Shown here one piece after another: positions 9,216 through 17,074 of a DNA stretch of 64,000 nt. Numbering within the stretch: position 1 is the stretch's first letter; each line of letters begins with the position of its first letter. The notes beneath the pieces are model-generated. The model was not told the origin of the DNA and searched no databases. It was given only the letters and a program-made list of their open reading frames with translations. The stretch covers positions 1 through 64,000 of the IMG/VR virus record IMGVR_UViG_3300003267_000135; one strand, written 5' to 3'. The translations under genes and the position numbers were made by a program. This stretch comes from an uncultured virus (IMG/VR IMGVR_UViG_3300003267_000135). Its lineage: Duplodnaviria; Heunggongvirae; Uroviricota; Caudoviricetes.

Positions 9216-9686
9216 TTATGTTGCGTCAAGCAAAAGTCGCTTCGATTTCTTCGCCATCTGAATCCGCGTGCTGATGCACATGGATTCCTCAATTGGCCAG
9301 TGTTCGCCCCGTGCGTGTTTCATCGGGACGCGAATGGTGACAATCCCACGCCGATCCGCGTGCTCGCGTATGCCCTTCATCATTTCCGTCTCGGCCAACC
9401 ATCCGCCAAACGGCAGCACAAACAGCACACTGCCGCGCGTGAGCCTGTCCGTCAGCCCTTCAGCCTGTCCGTTGTCCAATGCAAAGCAGTAAAATTGATC
9501 CGCGTAGTGCGTGCGAATGCTCCAGCTCCAAAGGAAACAGCCTACTTGATCGGGGCTGTATCCGATAACGCCTGACGGTTTGGGTAGCTTGCGCATCCAT
9601 TCGGGCCGATCCTTGCGCTCGTTTTTGCGGCAACCCTCTTTGATCGCAAAGTCGCCGTAGTGCTGACGCGGAAAGTGCAGGATCAT
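9216..9686 (-). CDS. Hypothetical protein
   Basis: Start MILHFP at 9686 by ATGA overlap. Confidence 0.55.
   Translation of the reverse strand: MILHFPRQHYGDFAIKEGCRKNERKDRPEWMRKLPKPSGVIGYSPDQVGCFLWSWSIRTHYADQFYCFALDNGQAEGLTDRLTRGSVLFVLPFGGWLAETEMMKGIREHADRRGIVTIRVPMKHARGEHWPIEESMCISTRIQMAKKSKRLLLDAT
9220..9237 (-). promoter_or_regulatory. Repeated 18-bp motif, copy 2 (ACTTTTGCTTGACGCAAC)
   Basis: 17/18 match; at the start of the long leader upstream of RNase H. Confidence 0.7.
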
Positions 9687-10165
9687 GGCTTGCCATTCAG
9701 CGCATCCAAGTGCCGATGCTGCGCAATCGCGATCACCGTTTCGGCCTGCATGTTTACCTCGATGGGGAAATGAGCGAAGATGATCCCGAGTTCTCGCTTT
9801 TGCGCCCGCACGGTGCATGGTGGCAATTCGATTACGGGATTGCCCTTCTCGCGCCAGAACTTGACCGGGCAGAAATCGAAAATCATTTCCCCATCTTCAC
9901 CGTCCGGCAAAACAAGCAACGGATGTGTGGGCGTTACGTTTTTAATGTCGTTCACCAGCAGAATCCGCGCGCATTCCGTGTCGTCCAATTTCCACGTCTT
10001 TTTGAAGTCAGCAAACTGGCGCTCATGCTTGGCGACTATCAGCAGCGGGCGACGAATGCGATCCAACCAGTCTGGCCGCGCCGGATTCTTTGTCCGCGTG
10101 ATCGGTCTTCCCTGCGGAACGTAGAGAGCCGGTAGCGCCTTCCCGTTGGTTTCAATCTCAGCCAT
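9683..10165 (-). CDS. Hypothetical protein
   Basis: ORF in leftward operon. Confidence 0.6.
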   Translation of the reverse strand: MAEIETNGKALPALYVPQGRPITRTKNPARPDWLDRIRRPLLIVAKHERQFADFKKTWKLDDTECARILLVNDIKNVTPTHPLLVLPDGEDGEMIFDFCPVKFWREKGNPVIELPPCTVRAQKRELGIIFAHFPIEVNMQAETVIAIAQHRHLDALNGKP

Positions 10166-10240
10166 TGTATTGCGAAAGTTATTACGCCGCTATGCGTTCG
10201 TTGTCGGCCTGTCGTGTTTCAGACAGCACACGGGCGAAAC

Positions 10241-10387
10241 TCACCGCTGCGCAAAGTGTGAAAGAATGCCCATGACAATTGAGCCAAGCCCGACACCGCC
10301 CAGCAGCGCGAGCGTGTAAATGACGAGTTGTTCGCGACGCGTTGCCGGTTCCGGCCCGCGGGGAATGGGGACGATCATGCGTTTCAT
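10241..10387 (-). CDS. Small membrane protein (48 aa)
   Basis: MKRMIVPIPRGPEPATRREQLVIYTLALLGGVGLGSIVMGILSHFAQR; one TM helix. Confidence 0.5.
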   Translation of the reverse strand: MKRMIVPIPRGPEPATRREQLVIYTLALLGGVGLGSIVMGILSHFAQR

Positions 10388-10411
10388 GGTCTCGGGTGAT
10401 AAAAAATGGTT

Positions 10412-10732
10412 TCACGCCTGCGGCTCTCTCATGACGATCTCGTTTCGGCGCACGTCCACGAGATGCCCCTTGCTGTTAGTGTAAATCTGCGGGAAGGCGT
10501 CGGGCCGCTTGCCGAGCAACCAAGGCAACACGTCGTTTGCAAATAGCAGCCTTGGCGGCGTCACGTCGTCGTCAAAAACCGTCGCGTTTTGGATTACCTT
10601 TGTGCGAGGCCGATAGATCGTCGCCTCCCCCTTGAACTCGCGAACCAATGCGAAGCCGCGATAGCAATGCACTTGATCGACCTCCAAGAAATTCCGCTTA
10701 CGCTGCCCGTTCGTTGTATAGAAGACTAGCAT
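10412..10732 (-). CDS. Unknown-family paralog 4
   Basis: MLVFY..CYRG..FDDDVTPPRL..FPQIYTNSKGHL..MREP; start overlaps upstream stop. Confidence 0.7.
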   Translation of the reverse strand: MLVFYTTNGQRKRNFLEVDQVHCYRGFALVREFKGEATIYRPRTKVIQNATVFDDDVTPPRLLFANDVLPWLLGKRPDAFPQIYTNSKGHLVDVRRNEIVMREPQA

Positions 10733-11142
10733 GGCTTCACCTCGCGCAGAGTTGCCGATGGTCCCGGCATCATTGGTGTTTTGGAATAGGAATCCGTTTC
10801 CCAAATGTCGCCGTGCTCCCCGATGTAAAACGCAGGAAACAACTGGTGCGTTCTCCGCGCATCGTGGAATGAAAAGTCCACGCCGCGAGCACGATATTTC
10901 AACGTTGGTGGCGTTGTGTTTGGATTGAAGACGGCAAAGGTGAGTGCCGGTTGTTTGTTGCCAAGCCATTCCCGCAACTCGTCCTGCGTGCCGCGAAATG
11001 AATTGAGCACGTCAAACGACGGCAGAATCTTTCCGCCAGCCCCGCTTAGGTCCCTAAAGTAGAAAATCAACATCGCTTCCGGTCGCATCGGCTGACCGTT
11101 TTGCACGGCAATCGCGTCCTGTTCAGAATGGAAAACGTTCAT
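10726..11142 (-). CDS. Unknown-family paralog 3
   Basis: MLIFY..SFRG..FNPNTTPPTL..FPAFYIGEHGDI..MPGP. Confidence 0.7.
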   Translation of the reverse strand: MNVFHSEQDAIAVQNGQPMRPEAMLIFYFRDLSGAGGKILPSFDVLNSFRGTQDELREWLGNKQPALTFAVFNPNTTPPTLKYRARGVDFSFHDARRTHQLFPAFYIGEHGDIWETDSYSKTPMMPGPSATLREVKPC

Positions 11143-11480
11143 GCGTGTTTCGGGCCTTGCATGATCACTTCGCCCTTCGCATTCACGATGTCGCCGGCAA
11201 AACTAATATAGGATTGCGGCAGTTGCGCTTTCAGCTTTCGCAAAAACTTCACCTCGTAATCTTCGCGGATCAATCGTGGCGGTGTCGTGTTGTCATCAAA
11301 CAGAGTGCATTTTTTTCGCCTGCAAAACACACTGCCATCCTCGCGCAATAGGTGGACTTGATTTCCAACAAGCGAAACGCCGCCCGTGTGGCAATGGGCG
11401 CGAGGTCTGCCACTATACCGCTCGCGGCGATGGCGCACGCGTGCTGATGTTTCCTCGTAGGTTAGAAAAAAAACAATCAT
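11139..11480 (-). CDS. Unknown-family paralog 2
   Basis: MIVFF..CHTG..FDDNTTPPRL..LPQSYISFAGDI..MQGP. Confidence 0.7.
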   Translation of the reverse strand: MIVFFLTYEETSARVRHRRERYSGRPRAHCHTGGVSLVGNQVHLLREDGSVFCRRKKCTLFDDNTTPPRLIREDYEVKFLRKLKAQLPQSYISFAGDIVNAKGEVIMQGPKHA

Positions 11481-11485
11481 CGGAA

Positions 11486-11884
11486 TCAGAACGGCAGATC
11501 AATTGCCTGTTGAAACTCGTCTTCCTTCAGCTCGTTCCACTCCGGACCCATCAGCACGAGTGTTAGCTTTTCATCGGTGCGCCGGATGTTGCCGTGTCCA
11601 TCAATATAGGTTGGCGGCAAGTGCTCGCGAGCTGTTCCGCCTGAAAACAACGTCGCCTTGGTAAGCGCCTCAACATTGCCCGTCAATCCACCAAACGGGG
11701 TGACGAGTTGCGGCGGTTGCGAGCGTTGATCGTCAAACGCAATGAAGTCCGTTAGAACCGAGCGCCGTCCGTTGCACGGGTAAATATGCAATGCGAGGTT
11801 CCGCAATTTCGCGCGGCCCTTGTAGCAGCGCCAGACATAATGCCCGTAGTCCTGCCGCTTGTGATGACGCCAGAAAACGATCAC
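11486..11884 (-). CDS. Unknown-family paralog 1
   Basis: MIVFW..CYKG..FDDQRSQPPQL..LPPTYIDGHGNI..MGP; AAGGA RBS before GTG. Confidence 0.7.
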   Translation of the reverse strand: MIVFWRHHKRQDYGHYVWRCYKGRAKLRNLALHIYPCNGRRSVLTDFIAFDDQRSQPPQLVTPFGGLTGNVEALTKATLFSGGTAREHLPPTYIDGHGNIRRTDEKLTLVLMGPEWNELKEDEFQQAIDLPF

Positions 11885-11912
11885 GTCGATCCTTTCGCTG
11901 ACTGTTCCGAAG

Positions 11913-12524
11913 TTATTCGTGCATTGAGGCTTTGGGCATTAATGCGCGTTCCAGCGGCAAACGTTTAAGCCGAGCGTGCAATCCGCCTGCGCTCCATCCA
12001 AGCAAACGCGCCCACTGTGAAAGCGTCCGCGTTTCGCCGTCGAAAGTGATTCGCCTGTTCTGTCGTGTGTTTACTCCCTGCTCTTGAGGCGTTGCCCACC
12101 GGCAATTTTGCTTGTCGTAATTTCCATTCACGTTGCGCCTTTCAAGCGTCTTGCCCGCTGGGGCGTTGCCCATATCGGCGAGGAAATTCGCAAACTTGCG
12201 CCAGCGATCACAGACGCAGATTCCGCGACCACCGTAAGCCGGCCACTTCTCATTTTTCGGGTTTGTGCATCGCTGGAGCATTGCGGCCCATGAACCATAG
12301 GTGCGCGTCCACCGTCCCGACGTGTGCCCATGGGTGAAATTAGCCGGACCGTTTATCCCCTGCCGATTCAGACAGCCGCAGCTTTTAACCTCACCGCTTC
12401 GTAGATATTTGCCCATTCTGATTACTTCCTTCCCGCAGTCACATCGGCACTTCCACATTGCGCGCTTATTGACCGTCGGGGCCGGCTCGATCACGACGAG
12501 CCGGCCTGATCGGAATCCTAGCAT
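11913..12524 (-). CDS. HNH homing endonuclease (phage CxCDCG/YGGRGI type)
   Basis: WKCRCDCG..SCGC..W..M..RC..YGGRGICVC.RW..F..F..DMG..TLER.NVNGNY...NCRWAT. Confidence 0.88.
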   Translation of the reverse strand: MLGFRSGRLVVIEPAPTVNKRAMWKCRCDCGKEVIRMGKYLRSGEVKSCGCLNRQGINGPANFTHGHTSGRWTRTYGSWAAMLQRCTNPKNEKWPAYGGRGICVCDRWRKFANFLADMGNAPAGKTLERRNVNGNYDKQNCRWATPQEQGVNTRQNRRITFDGETRTLSQWARLLGWSAGGLHARLKRLPLERALMPKASMHE

Positions 12525-13765
12525 TCCACAACGATTACGCGCCCAAATGGGGGCGGTTGGTAGGTTGGCGTCACACATAACCATAGGGTTGCGAAGTCGG
12601 GCGGTTCGCTCGCGTGGGAACCCGCCAAATCGGTCAGGTAAATAAGCCCCGCGATCCGCTCGCCTTGCTCAATCATCTCCGCAACCCGAGCGAAGACACA
12701 AGCAAAATCAGTTCCGCCTCCGCCTTTTGCCTCGCGCGGAACGACTTCACCGGGTTCTATCATGTGCTCGGCATGGATCGCCGCGTCGCAGTCCATGACG
12801 ATCGCCCGGCAGTTGCTTTCTGCCATGCAGGACTCGATTAGGCCGTTGAACTCGGCGATCACCTCGTCGCCGATGCTGCCGGACGTGTCGCGCACTGCCA
12901 CGATTAACCCCGTCTCGTCTTGCCGCTTGCGCGGGTAGATCACGGGTTGCCAAGCGTGCCGACGCGCGGACCGGCTCCAATCGTTGCGTGAACTGATTCG
13001 TTCTTTCACGAAGTCGGCCATCTCGCGACGCCAATCGACTTTCTGGTTGAGCGTGCGATCGATGATCCGTTGCAAGTCAGCCGGGCAATTGCCCTGTCCG
13101 AGTGCCTTTGCCGCTTGCGCCGCTTGAATCACGCGCTCTTTCCATTGGTCCTCAAGCGACTCATTAAGGGCGTTTCCATGCTCATTCTGCGGGTTTTGAC
13201 CGTTGGGGGGTGTCTTGGGCTGTCCTTTGCCGTTATCGGGCTGTTTACCGCCCTTTCCCGGCTCGCCTTGGCCCTCGCCATCGGGAGCGGGCTTGCAGAA
13301 GTCGCCGCAGGCAGACCCTTGGCCTTGTCCGTTGCCGTTGCCGCCCTTGGGTGGCGTTGGCGGAATGCGGTTGAGAATTTCTTCCTCTGCGAGCCCATCG
13401 AATGCGGGATTGAGCAAACCGCCCGCAGGCATTTTCAGCCCCGGCAGTTTCGAGAGCGTCGCGTTGATCGCGTAGTCGCCGGCCATGTTCCCGCGTTCGT
13501 CCGGCGGCAAGCGCCACAGATGACCATGCGCGGGGTGCATCGTTTCATGCAGGAGAACGAAGCGCGTTTCCTCGTCACAAAGTTTCGCGAGGAAGTCGCG
13601 ATCCCAGAAAATCCGCTTGCCGTCGGTGCAAGCGGTTTTCCCGTGCGGATTGCCCAGCACGTCTTGCAGGCCCATGCAGAGCGAACCGTAGAAAGGCGCA
13701 TTGCTGAGAGCCCACCACCGCGCGCGCTCGATCTTGAGCGTCAGAGCGTTGTCTTGCGCGCTCAT
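12518..13765 (-). CDS. DUF2201-like metallopeptidase + vWA domain protein
   Basis: TACTDG, LLHETMH (HExxH), DYAIN, DTSGS (MIDAS), GGGGTDF, YLTD. Confidence 0.88.
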   Translation of the reverse strand: MSAQDNALTLKIERARWWALSNAPFYGSLCMGLQDVLGNPHGKTACTDGKRIFWDRDFLAKLCDEETRFVLLHETMHPAHGHLWRLPPDERGNMAGDYAINATLSKLPGLKMPAGGLLNPAFDGLAEEEILNRIPPTPPKGGNGNGQGQGSACGDFCKPAPDGEGQGEPGKGGKQPDNGKGQPKTPPNGQNPQNEHGNALNESLEDQWKERVIQAAQAAKALGQGNCPADLQRIIDRTLNQKVDWRREMADFVKERISSRNDWSRSARRHAWQPVIYPRKRQDETGLIVAVRDTSGSIGDEVIAEFNGLIESCMAESNCRAIVMDCDAAIHAEHMIEPGEVVPREAKGGGGTDFACVFARVAEMIEQGERIAGLIYLTDLAGSHASEPPDFATLWLCVTPTYQPPPFGRVIVVEC

Positions 13766-13998
13766 TTCGCACCTCCTGTCCACTCGGTTTCAACTGTGGC
13801 TTTCGCCATGGTTTCGGCCAACGCTTCGATCTGGCGACGGACGCCGCGCAGCTTGTTGCCCGCGATCGTTTGCTTCCGCTCCCAGCGTTGCCGCTCAGCC
13901 TGCAACGCATGGAGCTTGCCGAGGTTGGTTTTCGCCAACCGGCGCTTGCTGTCGCGAATCAGGCGCGACGCGGCTTTGTCTTCAGTGGTCGTCGGCAT
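13762..13998 (-). CDS. Small coiled-coil hypothetical protein
   Basis: Coupled ORF within the module. Confidence 0.6.
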   Translation of the reverse strand: MPTTTEDKAASRLIRDSKRRLAKTNLGKLHALQAERQRWERKQTIAGNKLRGVRRQIEALAETMAKATVETEWTGGAK

Positions 13999-14001
13999 GG
14001 G

Positions 14002-14802
14002 TTATTGCGCTCCCAACGCGGCGAGGATGGAGGTTGCCCGGTTCGCCGCATCACGGCGCGCGGATTTGCTCTCGCGGATCATGTCCGCGTCCAGCTTCGC
14101 CAACTCTGCGGCTTGTTGCGCGGCTTGTGCGACCGCAACCGACTCGCCGAAATTGAAGTCCGGCACGAGCGGCAACAGCTCGGCGAGGTTGGAAAAGAGC
14201 GAATCGTAAATCTTCGGCTTTTCCTTCGCGCAGTTCTCGGCGATGCGTTGCAGGCAGTCCGTCAGCCGCTCGCGCAACTCGTCCTCAGCCGCACGCGCCG
14301 ACTCAGTGATCCAGTCGGCCCACGATCCATCGGTCGGGCAGGCCATATAGCGCGACGTAAACAGGAACTTGCCGCCGATAACGGAACGATCCGGCCATTG
14401 CCGCGCATCGTAAAGCCCGTTGAGGCGAACCGGCGCGGTGCGCTTTTCGTCGTCGTATTCGCCGAGGAACTTCGCCACTAGCGCGCGGTGCTTCGCGCCG
14501 AACTCCTGCATTTTCGCGCTGTGTTCGAACTCGCGGCCAACTGGCAGCAACCGGAAACCGTCTTGCGCGGCGGGCAGCGTCAACTTGCGGTGCGCGTCGT
14601 ATGCCTCAGCGGTCAGGCAGTTGATCGCGCGGAGCGTTTCCGAGTTGGTGAGGCGAACGTGAACCTTCGCCGCGTCGCCCGTGTGGTGATCGGCGTTCAC
14701 CTTGTCTGTCTCTTTGCGGTTTAACCGCGTAGCGCGCCACGCGCCCGTATTCAACGCGGTCAGTTTGATCCGCGATGCGATTTTCGTGATGTCTGCTTGC
14801 AT
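14002..14802 (-). CDS. DUF3150-like protein
   Basis: W.A.RL, H.KLTLP..DG.RLLP, LNGLYD..WP motifs; typical position between AAA ATPase and vWA genes. Confidence 0.6.
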   Translation of the reverse strand: MQADITKIASRIKLTALNTGAWRATRLNRKETDKVNADHHTGDAAKVHVRLTNSETLRAINCLTAEAYDAHRKLTLPAAQDGFRLLPVGREFEHSAKMQEFGAKHRALVAKFLGEYDDEKRTAPVRLNGLYDARQWPDRSVIGGKFLFTSRYMACPTDGSWADWITESARAAEDELRERLTDCLQRIAENCAKEKPKIYDSLFSNLAELLPLVPDFNFGESVAVAQAAQQAAELAKLDADMIRESKSARRDAANRATSILAALGAQ

Positions 14803-14817
14803 GGACTTTTGACCCTT
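14800..14817 (-). promoter_or_regulatory. Conserved translation leader AAGGGTCAAAAnnCCATG, copy 3
   Basis: AAGGGTCAAAAGTCCATG. Confidence 0.8.
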
Positions 14818-14821
14818 TCAC

Positions 14822-14897
14822 TAATCGTTTTTGAGTGCGTGTCTGGACTCGTCAGCGTGCGCGATTACGCACGGACCGGCTTGCGCCGGTTTCGTCC
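14822..14897 (-). ncRNA. Hammerhead ribozyme, type II, with loop-I pseudoknot
   Basis: Minus strand GGAC-GAA-ACCGGC(GCAA)GCCGGU-C-CGUGCG(UAAUCG)CGCACG-CUGACGA-GUCC; downstream CGAUUA is complementary to loop UAAUCG; GUC cleavage predicted between 14874 and 14873. Confidence 0.93.
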
Positions 14898-15953
14898 TCA
14901 CTTCGCCGAACTCGTCGCAAATAGCTCTTGGTTCTTCTGCCACCACTTGCACCACTCACGATTGCCGCTCAGCTTAGCGCCAAGTTTCCGATAGGCGTCG
15001 CGGCCAGCGAGCGCGCCAAAGACGCGCGGCATCCGGTCAATATACTGGCAGAACGCGCCCGCGTGTTTGTCCGTCACTGCCGCGGACAGCATACCTGCGG
15101 CGAGATACAGACTCGCCGGATCGTCTTGCGCCGGCACGGGTGCGCCCATCGGGTCCATCCAGACTTGCTCGGGAGTCGGCAGCTTTTCCGCGAGTCGCGC
15201 ATACGCCATAAACTCAGCCGCAGCGGGTTTGCCGATGGCCGCTCCGACGGTGGACAGGTCAGCCAAACCAGCCTTGAACACGCGGATCACCGTATGCCAC
15301 GAGCGGAAATCGGGCATCCGGATCGCCGGATCGGCGTGCGGCTTCCACTGGTACAGCGTCCGGCCTGTCGTGCTGCGATGCCACGCGACGATCGCCGGAT
15401 CGGCATCCTGATCGAATGCCCAATCGCACCACGAATCGATCTCGTCTTTCCATGAGCGGAGAAGCGTCGCGCCGTCGGGTTTTTCCTCCTGTCCGGGTGT
15501 CGCGATGGCGAAGGAAAAGTGAAACTCGGAACGCAGCGCCTCATGCAGCGAATTAACGCCGGTTTTGTCGCCGGGCCGATTGGTTGCCGCCCAAATGGTG
15601 ACGTAGGGGTGACGGTAAAACGGACCGCCGCGAGTCACGAGACCCTTGAGCGCCGCTTGAACGTCGGTCGGAGCGTTGCCGAGGTCATCCCAGAGCCACA
15701 GCGTCCGCTTTTTGGTCTCTTGTAGCCGCTTGAACTGTTCCAAGGGCAGCAAACGGCAAACGCCGTTCGCCATGTCCGGCGCGAACACGCCGCCGAAGTC
15801 CGTCCGCTCTTGAATGCCGGGAGTACTCACCTCGAACTCGAAACCGTGCGCGCGGGCGCAGTCCTCGATCCGGGACGTTTTGCCGAGTGCGGGCGGTCCA
15901 ACGAGCAACACGCGTTCGCCGGCCTGCATGAGTTGATTGAGTCTGTCTTGCAT
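14898..15953 (-). CDS. MoxR-like AAA+ ATPase
   Basis: GPPALGKT Walker A, LWLWDD Walker B, VQAAL, AATNR sensor. Confidence 0.85.
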   Translation of the reverse strand: MQDRLNQLMQAGERVLLVGPPALGKTSRIEDCARAHGFEFEVSTPGIQERTDFGGVFAPDMANGVCRLLPLEQFKRLQETKKRTLWLWDDLGNAPTDVQAALKGLVTRGGPFYRHPYVTIWAATNRPGDKTGVNSLHEALRSEFHFSFAIATPGQEEKPDGATLLRSWKDEIDSWCDWAFDQDADPAIVAWHRSTTGRTLYQWKPHADPAIRMPDFRSWHTVIRVFKAGLADLSTVGAAIGKPAAAEFMAYARLAEKLPTPEQVWMDPMGAPVPAQDDPASLYLAAGMLSAAVTDKHAGAFCQYIDRMPRVFGALAGRDAYRKLGAKLSGNREWCKWWQKNQELFATSSAK

Positions 15954-15968
15954 GGTTTTTTGACCCTT
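15951..15968 (-). promoter_or_regulatory. Conserved translation leader, copy 2
   Basis: AAGGGTCAAAAAACCATG. Confidence 0.8.
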
Positions 15969-16039
15969 CCTGATTTGGTTTTTGTTAAGCGGTAAACACC
16001 GCAACTTGCCCCCACTTTCGCAGGAGCAAGGCGCGAGGT

Positions 16040-16315
16040 TTAGCACCGGGAAAAATCGGGATAGGTCATGCGGCGAACGTTTTTGATCGTGCCGCGATTG
16101 CGCCGGCTGGCTGTGGTGGGTGTCAGGGGTGCCCACTGCCACGCGCATTCTTCACACGCCGCCGTCAGAACATTTTTCGGCAGTGAATAATTGTCGTCAG
16201 CCGATTTCAACTCGAACGCGCCTGATTTCAACGCGGCTTCACCGTAAACGCGAATCATGCGCGCCGTCTTGCGTGACAGCTCGCGATATTTCGCGCGGAA
16301 TTGTGCCTTTGTCAT
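16040..16315 (-). CDS. Hypothetical protein, first gene of the leftward operon
   Basis: 91 aa; preceded by the conserved leader. Confidence 0.7.
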   Translation of the reverse strand: MTKAQFRAKYRELSRKTARMIRVYGEAALKSGAFELKSADDNYSLPKNVLTAACEECAWQWAPLTPTTASRRNRGTIKNVRRMTYPDFSRC

Positions 16316-16330
16316 GGAATTTTGACCCTT
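16313..16330 (-). promoter_or_regulatory. Conserved translation leader, copy 1
   Basis: AAGGGTCAAAATTCCATG. Confidence 0.8.
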
Positions 16331-16405
16331 GGTTTCCCTCTGCGTTGTTCCGGGCTTGGGACCGTATCGGAAACGTGATTACGTATCCGATGCCGCATTA
16401 CAACC
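16331..16405 (-). ncRNA. Twister ribozyme (P1 type with P3 stem)
   Basis: Minus strand GGUUG-UAA-UGCG-GC-[AUCGGA..UCCGAU]-A-CGG-UCCCAAGC-CCG-GAACAA-CGCA-GAGGGA-AACC: P1, P2, P3, P4 and both pseudoknots (UCCC/GGGA, GC/GC) can form; cleavage predicted between 16400 and 16399. Confidence 0.88.
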
Positions 16406-16574
16406 GCCCGGCATTCCCACGGGAAAGACCCGCTCTGCCGTAGAGGGGACGCTTGATCCGCTCCGTCATGTTCCTGCCGTGACCCAGAGCCTACTTGCCG
16501 CCGCTCAGCTCCTTTCGGGAACCCTGACCGGCCCTCACTCGTGACAACCTGAAAACACATTGTCAACACCGAAC

Positions 16575-16592
16575 CTTGCGCCATGCAAAAGA
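16575..16592 (-). promoter_or_regulatory. Variant of the repeated motif (TCTTTTGCATGGCGCAAG)
   Basis: Same variant core as 38117-38134; followed by TTGACA toward the leftward operon. Confidence 0.6.
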
Positions 16593-16704
16593 ACTCACGA
16601 GCGACGGACGCCCAGAAAACGGCACTGACTCGGTTTGAGTCAGCACCCAGAAAACCCAACTGACAGCGGAAACCGCGCTGTCCCGGCATCGGGACCAGCC
16701 CTTT

Positions 16705-17000
16705 TCGGACCGTCAGAAATCGGACCGTCAGATCAGATCAGTTTTCTCTTAGTCCGGCATCAGGTTTTCCCCTATGATCAGACTGTCCGACAACCTTGCG
16801 CATGGCGCAAGTCAGCCGCAAAACCGAGCTTGACACCCTCTTTTTCCAGACCCCACAACGCGCGCGCTTTCTTCGTCGGAGCGGTCCCACGACCGCGCAG
16901 ACTCTGACCGTAGCGGCAGCCAAGCGAGCAATGTCGAGCGCAGGACGACGCGCCGAGGTAAGCGACAGCGCACCGAGCATCCTCTCTTCGGACCGTCAGA
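16705..17000. repeat. 13-bp repeats TCGGACCGTCAGA
   Basis: Exact at 16705-16717, 16720-16732 and 16988-17000; inverted 11/13 copy at 16778-16790. Confidence 0.75.
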
Positions 17001-17074
17001 TTTTCGCGATTGACGCTCACTCAAATTCCGCGCTTGCGTGCGCGCGTGCTCAATCGCGCGATTCCCTGACTCCC

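Noticed and set aside
10179..10400. Full tmRNA gene
   Set aside because: No tRNA-like 5' or 3' domain; the upstream part is better read as a 48-aa membrane ORF.
11466..11473. A8 homopolymer at the start of paralog 2 as a phase-variation switch
   Set aside because: Short, in frame and encodes the conserved VFF motif; no evidence of variation.
16796..17074. N-terminal extension of ORF 16796-17764
   Set aside because: Overlaps regulatory repeats and has non-protein-like composition; ATG 17075 preferred.
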